A stretch of DNA of 64,000 nt from Candidatus Levyibacteriota bacterium (GTDB lineage Bacteria; Patescibacteriota; Microgenomatia; Levybacterales; GWA1-39-11), in assembly GCA_036788695.1 (NCBI GenBank), contig DAIQMY010000003.1:6682-70681 (forward strand), in the 5' to 3' direction. The notes beneath the pieces were generated by a model. It was not told where the DNA came from and ran no database searches. It saw nothing but the letters and a program-made list of their open reading frames with translations. The translations under genes were made by a program, and so were the position numbers. Positions 1 through 10,800 of the stretch are shown here, one piece after another. The number at the start of each line of letters is the position of its first letter. The stretch's first letter is position 1.

Positions 1-29
1 TTCCTCTTTGGTTAGGGGCATCACTTTTA

Positions 30-1034
30 GTGGGATTTGTACTTATTGCACTTTTAGTGGGATTTTTGCTATACGGTAGTTTTAATAAGCCTCGTCTTTT
101 TGGTCCCAAGGATGAGTTTAGTTCTCTTGGTACTATAAAGGGAGGAACTAAGATAGCACAAGATGATAATGTACAAAAAATTGCGGATACCGTAACGGAT
201 CATATGAATCAAGAAACAAAAAATAAACTTACTATTATATTTTTTTATGATGGATATGGCACTCAAAAAGAAGCATTAGACGCGATACATATTTTACAAG
301 AATCCTTACATGACGTTGAACCGTTTAAGAGTGTTCAGGATTTAATCGCTTATAAAATATTAACTACTGATGGGAAGAAATGTAGTGTAGATAAAAGCAT
401 GCTCATATGTGACGCAAAACTGATTGAGTCATTTAAAAAATTTGGTGTAGACCATTTTAAAGTAGTATTACTTTCTCCAGAATATTTTACTCCAGTAGCT
501 CCTCTCGCTCATGGAGCAAACACGTTTATAACCTTTTCAACATTTAATAATACGTTAACTCCACAGGATCACAATAGGTGGATGGGTGTGCAGTTTACGC
601 AGTTATTGGGAAGATCATTGGGATTGTACTCAGAGTACGTGGACGCTGAATCTTTGCAAGTTCAGGGACCGCCTCCTCAAGGTGCAATAGTTAAAATTTC
701 AAATTTTGGAAAGCCAAACTGCGCAAAGGATATGAAAACCGCCGAGGAATGGTGGGGAGGATACACAAAAATATTCCCAAAGGTTTCGTATCATCAGGGA
801 TGCGGGGGGGATAAAAGCTATTATTATCCTGAAAAAAATACACTCATGTCAGATATTCCCAGAAAACAGGGATATGGGATAGTTTCAGAGGATTATCTTC
901 GGGGTGTTTTGTCATGTTTCTATGGCGAGAAAGAGTCGCTTATCTTTCCCGCCGGTTTTTCAGCAACCTATTCAGCATCCCTTAAGTCATGTAGCGCATT
1001 TACAAAGGATTATCCCAGGTTTTGGGAAGAATAG
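30..1034 (+). CDS. hypothetical membrane-anchored/secreted protein
   Basis: 334-aa ORF with an N-terminal hydrophobic segment (FVLIALLVGFLLYGSF) and a soluble domain of no recognisable family; lies 26 nt upstream of the LysM-M23 peptidase gene. Confidence 0.4.
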   Translation: MGFVLIALLVGFLLYGSFNKPRLFGPKDEFSSLGTIKGGTKIAQDDNVQKIADTVTDHMNQETKNKLTIIFFYDGYGTQKEALDAIHILQESLHDVEPFKSVQDLIAYKILTTDGKKCSVDKSMLICDAKLIESFKKFGVDHFKVVLLSPEYFTPVAPLAHGANTFITFSTFNNTLTPQDHNRWMGVQFTQLLGRSLGLYSEYVDAESLQVQGPPPQGAIVKISNFGKPNCAKDMKTAEEWWGGYTKIFPKVSYHQGCGGDKSYYYPEKNTLMSDIPRKQGYGIVSEDYLRGVLSCFYGEKESLIFPAGFSATYSASLKSCSAFTKDYPRFWEE

Positions 1035-1060
1035 GCAATCTATAACGCTTTACATTTTAA

Positions 1061-1903
1061 ATGAAAATTAAACTACATCCCCGATTTTTCTTTTTACTAG
1101 GGTTTTTAGGTCTGGGGCTCATTTTATATTCTTCAAACGTGTTCCTGAAAAAGAGAGTAGAGGTAAGAGTTGTAGACTCAGTGGGATCAGGGAATGTTCT
1201 TGCAGCATCAGATGGGTCTCAGGGGTCATATGATTTAAAGGAGTTAAGCTCAACTCAAAGTACAGAGAGTAATACACAGGAGACAGATATAAGCTCTTAT
1301 CAGCCGGTAACTATTTCTCACACGATAAAAGAAGGAGATACTCTCCAGTCTATCGCTGAAAAATATCATGCAGATCCCCAAACTATTGCTGACTTTCCTA
1401 ATAACGGATTGCAAGAAAGTCTTGAGTTAACAGTTGGAGATATAGTAATTGTTCCAAATGGGTATATTGATGAGTCTCAACGTCCGATACTTCCTGCAAT
1501 TGCACAGGGAACAGGTCAGTTTGCCTGGCCTATTCAACTCGCTTCGCTTCCTCAGGGCAAGCCTGTTATTACTCAGTACGCGTACTATTGGCATGCAGGA
1601 TCATTGGATATAGCACTTGATCTAGGAACGCCTGTGCGCGCGGCAGATGATGGTACGGTAAAATCAGTAGAGCGCCTAACTACCGGATATGGTGTGCATG
1701 TTGTGATAGAGCACGGAGACGGATTGACATCTCTCTACGGGCACTTAACAGATGCGCAAGTTGTTGTAGGACAGGGGATTCATAAGGGGGATATACTAGG
1801 AATTTCAGGCTCTACCGGGCGTTCTACAGGCCCTCATCTTCATTTTGAGGTGCGTCGTAACGGTGCACCAGTTGATCCCATGACTTTACTCCCGCCACAG
1901 TAG
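1061..1903 (+). CDS. LysM domain-containing M23 family (LytM-type) peptidoglycan endopeptidase
   Basis: N-terminal TM segment; LysM-like segment (HTIKEGDTLQSIAEKYHADPQTIADFPNNG); M23 motifs HxxxD (YYWHAGSLDIALD) and HLHFE (GPHLHFEVRRNG). Confidence 0.8.
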   Translation: MKIKLHPRFFFLLGFLGLGLILYSSNVFLKKRVEVRVVDSVGSGNVLAASDGSQGSYDLKELSSTQSTESNTQETDISSYQPVTISHTIKEGDTLQSIAEKYHADPQTIADFPNNGLQESLELTVGDIVIVPNGYIDESQRPILPAIAQGTGQFAWPIQLASLPQGKPVITQYAYYWHAGSLDIALDLGTPVRAADDGTVKSVERLTTGYGVHVVIEHGDGLTSLYGHLTDAQVVVGQGIHKGDILGISGSTGRSTGPHLHFEVRRNGAPVDPMTLLPPQ

Positions 1904-1996
1904 ACCAGGTATAAGTAAGTCACTTTCTATCCAGTAATCCATAGGAATGCTTCGCCACTTGTTCCAAAAGTGTGCATTTCATATACTAATTACTGA

Positions 1997-3481
1997 ATGA
2001 GAAATTTAGTTTTAAACTTGGTAAAAAACAAAGAGCGTGTCTTTTCACTACTTATATATATAGTTCTTTTCTTATTCCTACTCTATCCATATCGCGATTT
2101 TGATTGGGGATGGCATTTTAAGCAGGGTGAATACTTATTTACCCACGGATCACTTTACTTAAAAGATACGTTTTCCGCAACTCTGCCCGGGTATCAATGG
2201 ATAAACCATGAATGGCTTTATGACCCATTGGTTTATATTATTTTTTCAACAACTTCCTTTTTGGGGTTAAGTATTGCAGGAGCTGCAGTTGCATTTTTTA
2301 CCTTTTATTTTTGCGTGAAGGGAATAAAACTTCTGGCATACCAACTTGCTATATGCGCTTTTCTATTTGGGTATCTTGTAAGTGGTGTGGTTTGGCAAGG
2401 ATTACGTTCACAAATGATTGGCTTACTATTTATTGCCTTTTTGATGTATCTTTTTAGGAAAATTGATCAAAATAGTAAAACACCTGTTTTCTTTCTTCCG
2501 TTGTTTTTCTTATTCTGGGCAAATATGCATGGGACATTTACTTTTGGGATTTTTATTTTCAGTTTTTACGTAATACAAAAAATTGTGGTAGAGAGTGTTA
2601 GGGGTGGAAAGCTGTTTATAGGAAAAACGCAACTTGCGATTCTTCTGTCATTCATATGCTCCGTACTATTAACTTTTGTAAATCCATTTGGAGTAGGGGT
2701 ATATTTTGAGGCGCTACGCCATTTCCAAAACCCGCTCCTAAAGTATATTTCAGAATGGAATCCAGTAGGTTTCCCTTCAACTTTTTATGCACTTATTCTG
2801 CTTTATATGCTTATTCTTTGTGCTTTTGTAGTGATGGACTATAGAAAAACAAAAAAGCTAAATGTATATATGATTGGAATCTCTATTTTTACAGCCTTTT
2901 TAGCATTTGGGGCAAGAAGATATGTGGCAGTTCTTGCTGCAGCAACACTCCCATTCGTGGCTCTATTTTTTTCTTATGTGAAATTTGATCTGCAGAAGTA
3001 TAGCGCTAGCACGTTTTTACTATTTATTGCGATAGTTATCTCTTTTGAGATTGCAATTTTTAATAGAGTTGTGCCATTTCATATTTTTCAGGGATACTCA
3101 TATGAGCAATATTGTTCTTTTGGTTCTCAGTGTTCTGAAAAGTTAGTTGACTATATTTTAGAAAATCCTCCGGTTGGTCGTGGGTTTAATTTTTACGATT
3201 GGGGAGGCTATTTAATAGGGCGGGGAGTTCCGGTAAAATTATTTGTTGATGGACGTATGCATTTATGGAAAGATGAGAAGACCGGCTATTCTCCGTTTTG
3301 GGATTATCAACAAATATATTATCAGGATAATTTAAAATTATTTGATACATATAATTTTTCATGGGCAATTATTCCATCTAAAGAGAATCTAAATTTATAT
3401 ATACAATATAAAAAAGTGAAGGGAACCTGGATTAAAAAATTTGATGATGGTAGGGCAGCTTATTGGATAAGAACAAAATAA
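1997..3481 (+). CDS. polytopic integral membrane protein (function unknown)
   Basis: 494 aa with about 10-12 hydrophobic helices and a hydrophilic C-terminal region; no diagnostic motif recognised. Confidence 0.5.
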   Translation: MRNLVLNLVKNKERVFSLLIYIVLFLFLLYPYRDFDWGWHFKQGEYLFTHGSLYLKDTFSATLPGYQWINHEWLYDPLVYIIFSTTSFLGLSIAGAAVAFFTFYFCVKGIKLLAYQLAICAFLFGYLVSGVVWQGLRSQMIGLLFIAFLMYLFRKIDQNSKTPVFFLPLFFLFWANMHGTFTFGIFIFSFYVIQKIVVESVRGGKLFIGKTQLAILLSFICSVLLTFVNPFGVGVYFEALRHFQNPLLKYISEWNPVGFPSTFYALILLYMLILCAFVVMDYRKTKKLNVYMIGISIFTAFLAFGARRYVAVLAAATLPFVALFFSYVKFDLQKYSASTFLLFIAIVISFEIAIFNRVVPFHIFQGYSYEQYCSFGSQCSEKLVDYILENPPVGRGFNFYDWGGYLIGRGVPVKLFVDGRMHLWKDEKTGYSPFWDYQQIYYQDNLKLFDTYNFSWAIIPSKENLNLYIQYKKVKGTWIKKFDDGRAAYWIRTK

Positions 3482-3498
3482 ATTAAACAAATAAACAA

Positions 3499-5106
3499 AT
3501 GTTAAAAAGAGAATATTTTTTATTTATTGTTATAACTCTTGTTATATTAGTATTTTCGAATATATATGTGTTCTATGGTCTTTTTTCTCCAAAAGAGGGC
3601 TTAACATATCTTGGGAGGAGAGTTATTAATTCACAGGATACGTATACCTATGTAGCCTTTATAGAGCAGGCAAAGCAGGGTAAAATTTTATTTGAGAACC
3701 TTTACACAACAGAAACGCAAACAGCCTCACTCATACGACCGTCATATTATTTTCTTGGGCGCATTGCATCAGTCTTGGACATTTCTTCAATTGCCGCGTA
3801 TCACTTGGGTAGAATAATTTTTAGCATAGTTTTTTGTTTAGTCTTATATCTATTTTTAGGAATATTTTTTAAATCATATAAAAGGCGGCTTCTTGCGTAC
3901 ACAATAATTATTTCAACAACCGGATTAGGTTTTCTTGTTGGTAGTCTATGGTCTCAAGTTTCAGATGCCTGGATTCCTGAGTCAAATACATTTTTATCAC
4001 TTCAGGAGGCACCGCATTTTATATTATCGCAAATGTTTATGCTTTTAACATTTCTATTTGTTCTAAAGGGGTGGGGTATTGCAGATGAGAAAAATAGAAC
4101 AAAGAGAAGAAATCTTTATCTTGGGCTTTCTTTTGTATCATTATTTTTATTAACATTTGAGCATCCATATGACCTTTTATTGTGTACCGGGGCAATTTTT
4201 TCCTCCGCTTTATATTTAGCCTTATTTCATAAAGTAAAAAGAAGTGTGCTTGTGATAAGCGCTTTAGGGGAAGTAGTAGTTTGTTTTTTAGGGCTACTGT
4301 ATCAGTACACAGAAACAGTACGGAATCCAATTCTAAGCAATTGGGCAGCGCAAAGTAAGTCACCTAATCCTATGGACTACATCCTAGGATATGGGATTCT
4401 TATCCCTTTTGCTGTAATAGGTCTTGAGAGGTACTTAACACAGAAAAAGGTATCGCAGATTTTAATCATTTCGTGGGTCGCAGTTACAAGTATATTGCTT
4501 TATAGTCCTGTATTTTTCCAGAGAAGATTATCCGAGGGTTTTCATATACCGCTTGGAATATTAGGTACTGAGGGACTTATTATAACTGCGTTTTTTGTAT
4601 CCCGTTTATTTATCCCAAAAGTAAGAAAAATAATTTCCTACATGTTTGTAGGTGTAGTCGTTTTCGTAATGTGTATAGGGACGGTATTGGGTGTGCAGCA
4701 AGATGTAGAAACTGTTAGTAAGGATTCAATGGGCGCATACTATTATTACATGCTGAGTGATGAGATAAAGGCTATGGAATACTTAAAATATAAGACGGAT
4801 GGGAAAGATATAATATTATCTAACTGGTTCTATGGGAATGTGATTCCAGGAGTAACTGGGCGCAAGGTATACATAGGTCACAAGGCTCAAACAAATCAAT
4901 TTGAAAATAAAATTAAATCGATTAATACATTTCTTTTAAATAAAAACGTAGACGAGGCATATAGTTTTTTGAAGAACAACAGCATAACATACCTATATTT
5001 AGGAGGGAATGATAGTATCTTAACGTACGGATTTAAGCCTGAAAAAAAGCCATACTTAATTAAGGTATATGATGAAGGTCAAGCAAAGATATATAAGGTT
5101 AGATAG
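3499..5106 (+). CDS. polytopic integral membrane protein, possibly a GT-C-fold glycosyltransferase-like protein
   Basis: 535 aa, many TM helices plus a C-terminal soluble domain of about 130 aa; the topology resembles ArnT/PMT-like enzymes but no clear DE motif is present. Confidence 0.4.
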   Translation: MLKREYFLFIVITLVILVFSNIYVFYGLFSPKEGLTYLGRRVINSQDTYTYVAFIEQAKQGKILFENLYTTETQTASLIRPSYYFLGRIASVLDISSIAAYHLGRIIFSIVFCLVLYLFLGIFFKSYKRRLLAYTIIISTTGLGFLVGSLWSQVSDAWIPESNTFLSLQEAPHFILSQMFMLLTFLFVLKGWGIADEKNRTKRRNLYLGLSFVSLFLLTFEHPYDLLLCTGAIFSSALYLALFHKVKRSVLVISALGEVVVCFLGLLYQYTETVRNPILSNWAAQSKSPNPMDYILGYGILIPFAVIGLERYLTQKKVSQILIISWVAVTSILLYSPVFFQRRLSEGFHIPLGILGTEGLIITAFFVSRLFIPKVRKIISYMFVGVVVFVMCIGTVLGVQQDVETVSKDSMGAYYYYMLSDEIKAMEYLKYKTDGKDIILSNWFYGNVIPGVTGRKVYIGHKAQTNQFENKIKSINTFLLNKNVDEAYSFLKNNSITYLYLGGNDSILTYGFKPEKKPYLIKVYDEGQAKIYKVR

Positions 5107-5116
5107 GAAGCAAGAA

Positions 5117-5138
5117 CCTAAAGCACCTTTACTTTAGG
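5117..5138. terminator. 7-bp inverted repeat (CCTAAAG-8nt-CTTTAGG) between convergent genes; possible bidirectional terminator
   Basis: Perfect 7-bp stem with an 8-nt loop overlapping the stop codon of the minus-strand methyltransferase and 11 nt after the stop of the plus-strand membrane protein; no strong U-tract. Confidence 0.25.
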
Positions 5139-6296
5139 AGTACTGACTATAAATTTTCCACCCTGTTTTTTAAAGTTTTTCTCCTTTTTCATAAAATAAT
5201 CTAAGAACGCATACGGCAATACCCATAAATAATCACAGGGAGGTATTGCGTCCGTTATAGGTATGCGAGACGAAACCATGAAGCGTCCCTTTTTCTCAGG
5301 GTTTACGTCAACAGCGCAGAGTATATGTTTATAGTTTAATTTATAGTATTGCAGTATTGTATTCCCTTTTGTAGACGCGCCGTATATGGCAATTGTTTTC
5401 TTCTCCTTCTTGCACTTCTTTACAAAACGTAGGAATATTTCTTTATTTCTCTCAACGCGTGAGAAAAATTTCTTTAGCTCTGAAATAGTGTAGTTTTTTT
5501 CAGAAAAATGAATGCTACCTTTTACTTTATGCCGAACAAAGAGTCTATAGCTTCCTCCATTCATAGAATTTGTTTTTACTTTATATATCTCAAGACTATG
5601 TTTTTCAAAAAGTACTACAAGGGATGCGTAAGAGTAATATTCAATATGTTCATGGCATATATTCCCTACATCATTTTGTTCTATCATAGGAGAAAGTGTC
5701 ATGAGCTGAATGATAGCTATTCCATCTTGAGCCAGCGACTTCTTTAATTTTTGAACAAAAAGATTTGGATTAGGAAGGTCATAAAAACATGCGATTGCTG
5801 TAATGATAGATGCCTTTTTTTGGATTGGGGCTTTGTCAAAAAAATCGGCAATCACCTTATCCGCATGTTTTTTTAATTTTGGAAGAAGATTTATTGCAGG
5901 GTCAATCCCTATTTTATAAAAAGTTTTAGGCACATAAGAGAGTAGAGTTCCATCATTTGCTCCTATATCTATCCATGTATCATGTTTTTTGTGTTGGACT
6001 TCTCTAAGCGCGTCTTGTACGACTGATTCCAAATCTTTTTGTATAGTAGGATTAAGTGAAGACTGGTACCAGTAGTGCTCTTCATAAAGCGTATGACGTG
6101 AAGGATTATCAAGAAGCTGAAGAAGCGTGCATTTGGGGCAATATACGAGTGTAAGCGGGCATGCTGTGCCGTTTGCTGGGTGGAGGGTGAAGTTACTTAT
6201 GGAAATATTACCTAAAGATCCAATTCTGGTGAGACTTGCGTTATTACACACTCGACATTTTCTAATAGCCATAAGTTGATAGTAATCATACAACAT
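5118..6296 (-). CDS. SAM-dependent methyltransferase with N-terminal Zn-ribbon (sugar C-methyltransferase-like; Methyltransf_13/_14-type architecture)
   Basis: N-terminal CxxC...CxxC (CRVCNNAS ... CPKCTLL) followed by a Rossmann SAM-binding motif (IDIGANDGTLL) and a C-terminal domain, as in TylCIII/TcaB9-type C-methyltransferases. Confidence 0.6.
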   Translation of the reverse strand: MLYDYYQLMAIRKCRVCNNASLTRIGSLGNISISNFTLHPANGTACPLTLVYCPKCTLLQLLDNPSRHTLYEEHYWYQSSLNPTIQKDLESVVQDALREVQHKKHDTWIDIGANDGTLLSYVPKTFYKIGIDPAINLLPKLKKHADKVIADFFDKAPIQKKASIITAIACFYDLPNPNLFVQKLKKSLAQDGIAIIQLMTLSPMIEQNDVGNICHEHIEYYSYASLVVLFEKHSLEIYKVKTNSMNGGSYRLFVRHKVKGSIHFSEKNYTISELKKFFSRVERNKEIFLRFVKKCKKEKKTIAIYGASTKGNTILQYYKLNYKHILCAVDVNPEKKGRFMVSSRIPITDAIPPCDYLWVLPYAFLDYFMKKEKNFKKQGGKFIVSTPKVKVL

Positions 6297-6363
6297 AAAA
6301 TTTCATTTTTAAACAATATATCTTGCATACACACGTTAAAAATGTTGTAATAGGGAAAATTAT

Positions 6364-7365
6364 ATGTATTTAGGAAAACAATGGCTGTTTTTGTTTATCG
6401 GTATATTTATTGGTGCCTGTGCCGTTTTTCTTTTTTTCTTTTTTTCATCCTCAAAAGAAAAAGTACTTAGTCCTTCAAGGGAATTAGTTCAGGAAAATAG
6501 TAAGTACCCTCATATACGACCTCTTATTCTTCCATGGGATCAAAAGCTGAATAGAACACAGGAGCTGTTTCCTTTTAGAAACGTTATAGATGCGTCAATA
6601 GCAAAATTAGTGCAGGAGAAAAAGGTTGAAGTTGTTGCGTATTACTTTAGAGACTTAAATAACGGCCCATATTTTGGAATAAATATTGATCAGTCTTTTA
6701 GTCTTGCGAGTCTTTTAAAGGTGCCTGTTCTTATGTCATATTATAGATGGGCAGAGCAGGATCCAAGCATTCTTAAGAAAAAACTTGTGTTTTACGAAAG
6801 CAATGTAAAAAGAATAGATGAAAACCCACTCACAAAGCCAAAAACACGTCTTCAGCCTGGGGAGACGTATATAGTAGAGGATCTGATTGAGAAGATGATT
6901 ACAGAATCAGACAATGACTCATTCCAGTTATTGGTGGAAAATATAGACGTAGGGTTACTGGCTGATCCATATAATTTAACTGAGTCAGAGATTGATTCTA
7001 AAGATGATGATTATTCAGGTTCACTTAGACGTTACTCTACATTTCTACGAGCCATATACAACGCGTCATATCTTTCCCGTCCCTATTCTGAAAAGGCTAT
7101 GCAGGTTCTTGCAAGGTCAGAGTTTAAAGAGGGGATCGTAGCCGGTCTTCCTAAAGGTATTGAGGTTGCACATAAATTTGGAGTACGTGAGAGCAAAGAT
7201 ACTCATCAGCTTCATGACTGTGGAGTTGTATACTATCCCAACAATCCATACCTTATATGCATTATGACAAAAGGGAAAGATATACGTGATCTTTCAAGTG
7301 TAATTAAACAGTTATCCATTCTTACTTATAAAGAGGTAAATACTCAATTAGCAAGAAAAGAGTAG
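6364..7365 (+). CDS. class A beta-lactamase-like serine hydrolase (penicillin-binding-protein fold), membrane anchored
   Basis: N-terminal TM segment; F-x-x-x-S-x-x-K (FSLASLLK), SDN (ESDNDSF) and a K-x-G-like motif (HKFGV) in class A order. Confidence 0.5.
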   Translation: MYLGKQWLFLFIGIFIGACAVFLFFFFSSSKEKVLSPSRELVQENSKYPHIRPLILPWDQKLNRTQELFPFRNVIDASIAKLVQEKKVEVVAYYFRDLNNGPYFGINIDQSFSLASLLKVPVLMSYYRWAEQDPSILKKKLVFYESNVKRIDENPLTKPKTRLQPGETYIVEDLIEKMITESDNDSFQLLVENIDVGLLADPYNLTESEIDSKDDDYSGSLRRYSTFLRAIYNASYLSRPYSEKAMQVLARSEFKEGIVAGLPKGIEVAHKFGVRESKDTHQLHDCGVVYYPNNPYLICIMTKGKDIRDLSSVIKQLSILTYKEVNTQLARKE

Positions 7366-7805
7366 TTTTATAAAACTCTTACAATTCTTCAAAAAGATAG
7401 ATAATCCAAAATAAATGGCAATTTTTTATTTATTCCAATTTGTTTACAGAAATATATTGCTAAATAGTATTATTTGCAATTTAGACTGTAAGAACGGTCT
7501 AATTAATAATAAAAAGTGTACAATAAAAATATACAAAGATATCTTTATTATTCTGCATGTTTCACTTTAGAAAACAAGAGCATCCTTTTTTTCAATTTTT
7601 CTTTTTTTAAAACAATATTATTAGAGGACTATCAATGATTTCTATCAAAAATAACCGTGCGTAAAGGTAAAAAACTTATAGTAAATATGATATAGCCTTA
7701 TAGTAATAATTTGTGAAAAGAATTAAAAAAATACTATAACACTATTTATTACATGTCTCTTTTTAGCCTCAAAATAGAGCTAATTATCACCACTTCCTAT
7801 AGGCC

Positions 7806-7834
7806 TTGACGCTTGTGAAAAGCTTTGGTACTGT
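7806..7834 (+). promoter_or_regulatory. candidate sigma70-like promoter for the giant gene (TTGACG-17-TACTGT)
   Basis: Good -35 and weak -10 about 35 nt upstream of the ATG at 7870, inside a 500-bp AT-rich intergenic region; several other AT-rich candidates exist. Confidence 0.2.
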
Positions 7835-7869
7835 AAATACAGTCCCTTTTTGGGATTTAAGTTATTTGT

Positions 7870-10800
7870 ATGAATACGAATTTATCTATGCATAAGCTAA
7901 GACACGCGTGTATTATATTTTTAGCCTTGATTATTATTTTCCCCTACAATTTACTTTTGTTTATTACCTTTTCAGGAAATATTCAAGTTGTAGAGGCTGC
8001 GTCAGCCACAATTTCAACCCCTGCTGATTTTAATTCCGGAGCATTTAACGGTACAGAGGGAGCCAGTAGATCCGGTGAGCTTAGGCTTCAGGCTTCAGGT
8101 TCATGGGCAGCGCGCGTTTGGAAAACACCACAACTTGCACTAGGTGACCAGACAGCAGTAGTCAGTGATGGGACTTACCTTTATGTAAAGGTAAGCGGAG
8201 ATAATTTATTTACCAGATATGATCCAGTAACTAATACGTGGAAACGCTTGCTGGATGCTCCCGCTTTCTCATTTCAAGGAAGTGACATGAGAGTTCTTGA
8301 TGGAAATATTTATGCCATTTTTGGAGGATACCAAAAGGAGTTCTATAAATACTCAATAGCTCTTAATACATGGACACAACTTACCAGCATGCCGGATCTT
8401 GTTTATTCTGGAGCATCTCTTGGAAGTGATGGAACAAACCTTTTTGTGTTAAGAGGAGCAGGTACTACCGACTTTTGGAAATATACCATCTCTACAAATA
8501 CATGGAACGCAGTTTCATCTGCGCCTGCGTCTATTTCTTCAGGTGGTAGTCTTGTTTATAGTGGTGGTTATTTTTATACCCCCAGAGGAGGGAATCAAAC
8601 AACATTCTACAGATATGATGTTTCCGGAAACTCATGGGGCACTATGACTGCTGCCCCTGGAACTCTTAATAGCGATGGAAATATAACGGTAAACGGAGAC
8701 TATATATATATTCTTCGTGGGAGTTCAACAAACACGTTTTACAGATATAGCATTTCCGGAAATTCATGGACAACACTTACAAATACTCCTCAAGTGACTG
8801 GCTTTGTTGGGGTGGCATATCACTCAGGGGATGGATATATTTATGTATTTCGTGGGAATGGGACACAGGAATTTTGGAAATATAGCATTTCCGGAAACTC
8901 ATTTGTAGGGCAAACGGATTTACCAAATACACCTGGAACAGGAGCAGATTTAATAAATCATCAGGGTTACTTATATTTCACAAGAGGAAATAGTAGTACT
9001 AATCTTTACAGATTTGACCTTGCCGCAGGAACCTGGTCTTCCGCACTTGCTGCTTTTCCGGCGACTATTGCAGATGACGTGAAAGGAGCTTCTGCGGGTG
9101 CGTATTTGTATTTTCCACGTGGATCAAGCACTACTACTTTGTATAGGTATGATACACAAGGTAATAGTTTTACTACGTTAAGTGCGTCCCCTGCAACGCT
9201 TGCGTCAGGTTCAGTAGTTGCATATCCCGGAACGGGAAACTATTTGTATATAACAAGAGGTGGAAATACTACTGCTTTTTATAGATATAGTATTTCAGGG
9301 GATACATGGGATGATGCGGGAGCAGCAGATTTACCCAGTGATTCACCCGCGGGGATTGGATCCAGAATGATTACTGATGGGACTGATGTTTATTTTCTAA
9401 GCGGAGCAGGGACATCCCGACTTCTTAAGTATACGGTTGCATCAAATACATGGACAGTTATTCATAATACGCCCTTTTCAACCTATTATGGAACTGACAT
9501 AAACTACTATAACGGTAAACTTTATATTCAGGCAGGGTACTATAAATCTGATTTTTGGGAATATGCACTCTCTACAAACACGTGGAGAAGGCTTCCGGAT
9601 CTTGAGACCTATCAGCCATATGGGCAGGGTCCATATAATGGTGCGGCTCTTGCAAGTGATGGGGGAGGAAATTTTTATTCTACATATGGAGCAAACATAG
9701 TATGGTGGCAAAAGTTTACGGTGGGGAGCACTAATTATCCGGTTTCTGGCACATGGACCAGCAGTCCGATAGATTTAACATATGTTTCAAGTTGGACAAG
9801 CTTGACGGGTAGTACGGTAACCCCAAGTGATTCATCTGTTTCATATGAGACACGAAGTAGTACGGACATGGTAACCTGGTCATCTTGGCAGAGTGTATCC
9901 TCTGGGACAATCCAATCTCCTACCAGACGTTATATACAAGTACGGATAACATTGAATTCATCTACCGGACAGGTAGACACGCCAACCGTTACTGGAGTAA
10001 CAGTAAGTTATACTGGAGACGCGAATGCGCCCACAAACCCCGGAACATTTACTGCAAAATCTCAGTCAGTAAGTGGTGTTACATTAACGGATAGTGCCAC
10101 ATATGCTTATACAAACCCATATTTTACCTGGAGCGGGGCAACAGACTCTGAAACATCAGTTGCAGGATATTATGTGTACTTTGGGACTGCAAGTGGGGCT
10201 GATCCGCAAACGTTGGGCGCATATCAAACAACCGCAACGTATACGGTTATAACACCCCTGGTATCAGGGAATACATATTACCTAAGGGTAAAAACACAGG
10301 ATGCTGCCGGCAATATCAGCTCAGCTACAACAGCCTTTACGTATGTGTACCAGGGGGTAAACGCGACAACTACGACAAAAACCTCAACCTCAGATTTTAG
10401 CGGAGGAACAGAATCTGACACGACAACAGCAGGAGACGAGATAAAGCTAGCATCAAAATCAGGATTTTGGATTGAAAACAGGCTAAGTATTCCTCCCGCA
10501 ACACTTTCAAGCGGAGCTAGTTGGGGCTATGTTGCAAGTACTAATAAGCTTTATACCTTTAGAGGTTCAGGAACGCAAACATTTTATGAGTACGATATTG
10601 CAACTGATGTTTGGGCAACAAAAACAAATACTCCTGCGACAGTTACCACCGGAGGAGCATTAGCAGGCGGTCCATCAGGGTATGTATATGCTGCTCGCGG
10701 CGGGAATACAACAACATTTTGGAGGTATGATCCGTCCGGAAACGCTTGGGATGACGCAGCAGCAGCTGACGCGCCTCAACCGTTTTCAGGTGGCTCCTCT

